From assembly GCA_963667845.2 (NCBI GenBank), contig CAXXVL010000002.1, positions 320,001-384,000 of the forward strand: a stretch of 64,000 nt of DNA. The letters are read 5' to 3'. Below, piece by piece: positions 59,901-64,000 of this stretch. The notes under the pieces are model-generated. The model did no database searches, was not told the origin of the DNA, and was given only the letters and a program-made list of their open reading frames with translations. The position numbers and the translations under genes are program-made. The stretch is from Smithellaceae bacterium (GTDB lineage Bacteria; Desulfobacterota; Syntrophia; Syntrophales; Smithellaceae). Every line of letters begins with the position of its first letter. The first letter of the stretch is position 1.

Positions 59901-60713
59901 GTACTTAGCGGAAAAACCATTGCCGATCTTCTGCTCCTTCTGAAATATGCAGCGGGCAAATTGCCTCTGCAGGATATCCGCCATGAATTCAAAGGTGAAG
60001 ACGGCCTGATTTCTCCTTTCGATCTCCTCGATGTCTCGCTGGGCACGGCGATTGACGAACTCACCCGCCCCATCGACGCAATTCGTCATCAAGCCAAAAC
60101 CGTCACGGTGGGAACAAGCCGGAAGGAAAAAGAAATCAAAGGCATCATTTTCGACCTGCTGGAAACCCTCAGTTTTTCCATGAAAAATTTAACGTATCGC
60201 AATATCCTGACGCTGAATCGCGTTCAACCTGCTATCGCATTGATTCGTGGTTACACGCTCTATGGGATCCGGGATCTTGACGAGCAGGGAAATCCCGCGG
60301 ACAGCACACTTATTGAGATCCTGAAGAAAGACGGCGTGGCAGCGCAGATGAAATCCCGCTCTGATCAGCCCACGGTGCTGATGGGCACAAAAAGGACCAT
60401 TGTGAGCACCGGCCATGTCCATGTTGGAAAAGGAAAATCGGACGGGGCATCGATTCTTGTCATACCGCTTCTGGAAGAAAATAACATCATCGCGAATCTC
60501 CTTTTGCTTCATATCGATTACAACGAAATGCTGCCGCTTGCCGCGAAAAGAGATGTTCTGGGATATCGTTACGACGATATACGCAACCTCGTCAATGAAT
60601 ACAATCTACCCTGGCAGGATGATCACCTGAAATCCCTATCGCTCGAATCGCTTTTCTGCGAACCGATCGAAGTGATCGCCGGACAGATAAGATCCCGGAT
60701 CAGTCAATCCTAG
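56994..60713 (+). CDS. glmS: Long-form glutamine-fructose-6-phosphate aminotransferase-like protein (GATase + two SIS domains)
   Basis: LEVRGRDSAG, HTRWAS, NGDIDNY, TDT, TQSGTTTDT, SVASTKAFY. Confidence 0.8.
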   Translation: MCTNLFRSLKNFLGLIARCRVFIGLHPDRIQAPAIIFFPLLQGQLNCGFAGLITCRLQEIPPDRSDDLTIATLWGKIKKAGLQTILSGENTAETFLDGVKTVQALNDAVLELKREQAQEVLFFETDRAASLSKITGEMNKFLTTTERILDDQAAAISSADLETINGRMIQLKDICWMLEKDILANLQKILALTGIEKPSAVKPTAFRKYRKLNLLLNALDRLEVRGRDSAGLQLNFTLKNGKELHTIMRQIQANGLSDDFQRRTQKYDLLNGSIFVSNDRPDSSDGVNVTFTYKTFSIVGELGRNVTDLRKSIREDRILHYFAVAESACETALTHTRWASVGSITELNCHPVNNFAINCPPSVCPFYPGREVQINTVLNGDIDNYPALRDALEADGELIAPEMTTDTKIIPLQIEKYLKAGKDLAEAFRLAVNDFAGSHAIVMQSNLEPGKMFLALKGSGQSIYVGINADQYMFSSELYGLVEVMPRFLKMNGETGNGTGGGQIFILDQNRGNGLAGISACFYNGTVIKLTDNLLQTAEITTRDIDRSDYPHYFLKEISESALSIRRTLRGKYRISTSGRSAPHVTFNFGADMVPASVRRGLQKGSIKNIIVIGHGTAAVAGQAVADALSHYLKGTPLYIVPRIASELSGFGLKDDLTDTLIIPITQSGTTTDTNRAVAMARERGAYIISIVNRRQSDITAKSHGVFYTSDGRDIEMSVASTKAFYAQIIAGQLLALYFAQLLGSRSDEAIADALRHLESAPQQMNRLFENRDAIAASVRQAVSKRHWAVVGSGPNKAAADEIRIKLSELCYRTISSDIVENKKHIDLSAEPLILVCASGNPQAVMEDVVKDVAIFKAHKATVIVFADEGDHRFDHVADAVIPIPVAPAPLPVILNTMAGHLWGYYAARAIDEGAQILREFRSRLTAELMERTKKSLSIIDMIADTSFRRIINEFYTVFNQHRLNGSFSVLSGKTIADLLLLLKYAAGKLPLQDIRHEFKGEDGLISPFDLLDVSLGTAIDELTRPIDAIRHQAKTVTVGTSRKEKEIKGIIFDLLETLSFSMKNLTYRNILTLNRVQPAIALIRGYTLYGIRDLDEQGNPADSTLIEILKKDGVAAQMKSRSDQPTVLMGTKRTIVSTGHVHVGKGKSDGASILVIPLLEENNIIANLLLLHIDYNEMLPLAAKRDVLGYRYDDIRNLVNEYNLPWQDDHLKSLSLESLFCEPIEVIAGQIRSRISQS

Positions 60714-60838
60714 ATTCTTTAATCAATCCATCACAATATCGATGTGGTTCTCCGCACACAGGAACCTTCGCACACGTCTGCCTGTGAATAAATTGAACAA
60801 AATTGAACCATAAAAATAATAAAAAAACAAAAATGTGT

Positions 60839-60892
60839 TTGACAAAAATGTCGTTTCTCAGTAGGAATACGGCAAACGATTGCCGTTTGCCG
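60839..60892 (+). promoter_or_regulatory. Sigma70-like promoter and palindrome upstream of nrpR
   Basis: TTGACA-N17-TAGGAA; perfect inverted repeat CGGCAAACG-N5-CGTTTGCCG at 60870-60892. Confidence 0.5.
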
Positions 60893-60903
60893 ACAGGAGC
60901 CCG

Positions 60904-61905
60904 ATGAAGCAACTTTTTAAGCCGGAAGACATTGAACGAAAAGCCATCCTCATTCTGAAGATTCTCCACGAAAGTCCGGATCCTCTGGGCGCGCGGGTGA
61001 TCGCACGGAAAATGGCGGAGCGAGACGTCCAGTTAAGTGAACGGACGGTCCGCTACCACCTCAAGTTCATGGATGAGCGGGGACTCACCAAGCTTGTGGG
61101 CCGGCGCGACGGCCGGATGATTACCAAGCAGGGCCTTGCCGAAATTTTAGATGCGCGCGTCCAGGACAAGATTGGTCTCTCCATCTCCCGCATCGACGTG
61201 CTCTCCTTCCGGACCACATTTGATCTGAAAAAGAAGCGCGGCCTGGTGCCGGTCAATATTTCTTTCTTTCCCAAGGATCAGTTTCAGCAGGCGCTCCAAA
61301 TCATGAAACCTGTCTTTCATAAAAATCTGGCCGTCAGTTCGCGTGTCGCCATGGCCGCTGCCGGCAAAACACTCGGTGATGTCGTCGTGCCGCCGGGTAA
61401 GGTGGGTCTGGCCACCATCTGCAGCATCATTATCAACGGCGTACTGCTCAAATACGGCATTCCCATCGATTCCAAATTCGGCGGAATTCTTCAGATCCGC
61501 AAAGGTGAGATCCTCCGGTTTGTGGAACTCATTCACTATGCCGGTTCTTCACTCGATCCGTCGGAAATATTCATCCGCGGCAAGATGACGTCCGTCCTGG
61601 ACGTCGTTACTAAAGGCGAAGGAAAGATTCTGGCCAATTTCCGTGAAATTCCCTCGCTTAGCCGCACGCTGGTTGACGGCGTCGTTGAAGATTTCGCCAA
61701 AGCGGGCATTAACGGCGTTTTGTCCATCGGGGATATCGGTCATCCTTTGTGTCAGACGCAGGTGGATGTCAACAAGATTGGAGTGATTCTGGTGGGCGGT
61801 CTCAATCCCGTCGCTGCGACCCACGAAGAAGGTCTGGACGTGGACAACAAGGCCATGTCCACCGTGATGGAGTTTGAGAAGCTGCAGAGCATTGAAACGC
61901 TTTAG
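60904..61905 (+). CDS. nrpR: NrpR-family (DUF128) transcriptional regulator
   Basis: wHTH LGARVIA...ERTVRYHL..MDERG; ATICSIIING, GSSLDP, GGLNP; AGGAG RBS before 60904. Confidence 0.85.
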   Translation: MKQLFKPEDIERKAILILKILHESPDPLGARVIARKMAERDVQLSERTVRYHLKFMDERGLTKLVGRRDGRMITKQGLAEILDARVQDKIGLSISRIDVLSFRTTFDLKKKRGLVPVNISFFPKDQFQQALQIMKPVFHKNLAVSSRVAMAAAGKTLGDVVVPPGKVGLATICSIIINGVLLKYGIPIDSKFGGILQIRKGEILRFVELIHYAGSSLDPSEIFIRGKMTSVLDVVTKGEGKILANFREIPSLSRTLVDGVVEDFAKAGINGVLSIGDIGHPLCQTQVDVNKIGVILVGGLNPVAATHEEGLDVDNKAMSTVMEFEKLQSIETL

Positions 61906-61981
61906 TCCATATAGAAGAGATTTTCATGTGCAATCCATAAAGCATGAAGGTAAATAAAAAACTATTTTAGAGGAGGAATAA

Positions 61982-63340
<1,359 letters not shown>

Positions 63341-63354
63341 GTAATTCTATTGTA

Positions 63355-63398
63355 GAGGCGATGACTCGGCGTTCTTTAAGGCGTTGGGGCATCGCCTC
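63355..63398 (+). terminator. Hairpin downstream of gdhA
   Basis: GAGGCGATG...CATCGCCTC stem. Confidence 0.55.
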
Positions 63399-63416
63399 CG
63401 CAAGCAGGGAGCCTGG

Positions 63417-64000
63417 ATGGATTTTCAACCAAAATCCTCTGAGAAAATACGCCGACTGCTGGACAAGGGCGTGGACATAAGCAATCCAGGGACGCTCGAC
63501 ATCGGCGATGAAGTCAACATTTACCATATCTCGTCTCAGGACGTTAAGATCTATCCGGGATGCCGAATTTACGGCCAAGATACCGTTATTTCGGCGGGCT
63601 GCAAAATAGGGGCCGAGGCTCCCGCAACGATAGATAACTGCCGGCTGGGCTCCCGCGTTCAATTGAAAGGCGGTTATTTTCGAGAGTCCGTCTTCCTGGA
63701 CGGGGTCAGCCTGGGATCGGGCGCGTCGGTCCGGGAAGGCTGTGTTCTGGAAGAACAAGCCAGCGGCGCCCACTCGGTCGGATTGAAGCAGACCATTCTT
63801 TTCCCCTTCGTCACGCTGGGCAGCCTGATCAACTTCTGCGACTGCCTCATGGCCGGCGGCACAAGCCGCAAGCATCACAGTGAAGTCGGCAGTTCCTACA
63901 TCCATTTTAATTTTACACCCGATGGCGACAAGGCCACACCCTCTTTGATCGGGGATGTCCCCAGGGGCGTCATGCTCAATCAGCCACCGGTCTTTCTGGG
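63417..64000 (+). CDS. GlmU-like left-handed beta-helix protein (5' part; runs off the edge; absent from the ORF track)
   Basis: MDFQPKSSEKIRRLLDKGVDISNP...IYPGCRIYG...GAHSVGLKQTILFPFVTLGSLINFCDCLMAGG; open to the window end. Confidence 0.75.
   Translation, partial: MDFQPKSSEKIRRLLDKGVDISNPGTLDIGDEVNIYHISSQDVKIYPGCRIYGQDTVISAGCKIGAEAPATIDNCRLGSRVQLKGGYFRESVFLDGVSLGSGASVREGCVLEEQASGAHSVGLKQTILFPFVTLGSLINFCDCLMAGGTSRKHHSEVGSSYIHFNFTPDGDKATPSLIGDVPRGVMLNQPPVFL

Overview
Bacterial chromosomal segment whose gene content (acetate-CoA ligase-like protein, long-form GlmS, NrpR-GdhA, mfd-surA-uvrA) suggests an anaerobic deltaproteobacterium such as Syntrophales/Smithella (inference). Three parts. (1) 1-14.2 kb, all on the minus strand: secreted and membrane proteins (ankyrin protein, PDZ-thioredoxin-WD40-caspase protein, serpin, ecotin-like inhibitor) running into a RiPP-type cluster (radical SAM/SPASM, Cys-rich precursor peptide, PqqD/RRE, S26-like peptidase-GNAT fusion, second radical SAM cut by the window edge). 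(2) Housekeeping genes at 15-38 kb and 55-64 kb, including an oriC-like DnaA-box/IHF/AT-rich cluster near 37 kb. (3) A ~15.3-kb AT-rich integrative element (38916-54180) that splits comM at a CT dinucleotide. Its large serine recombinase reads across the att site, so its C-terminus would change on excision. Nested inside is a 2.1-kb unit holding only two tyrosine recombinases, with loxP-like ends and a 7-bp direct repeat. No rRNA, tRNA or CRISPR array was recognised. All family assignments come from motif reading by eye, not database searches.
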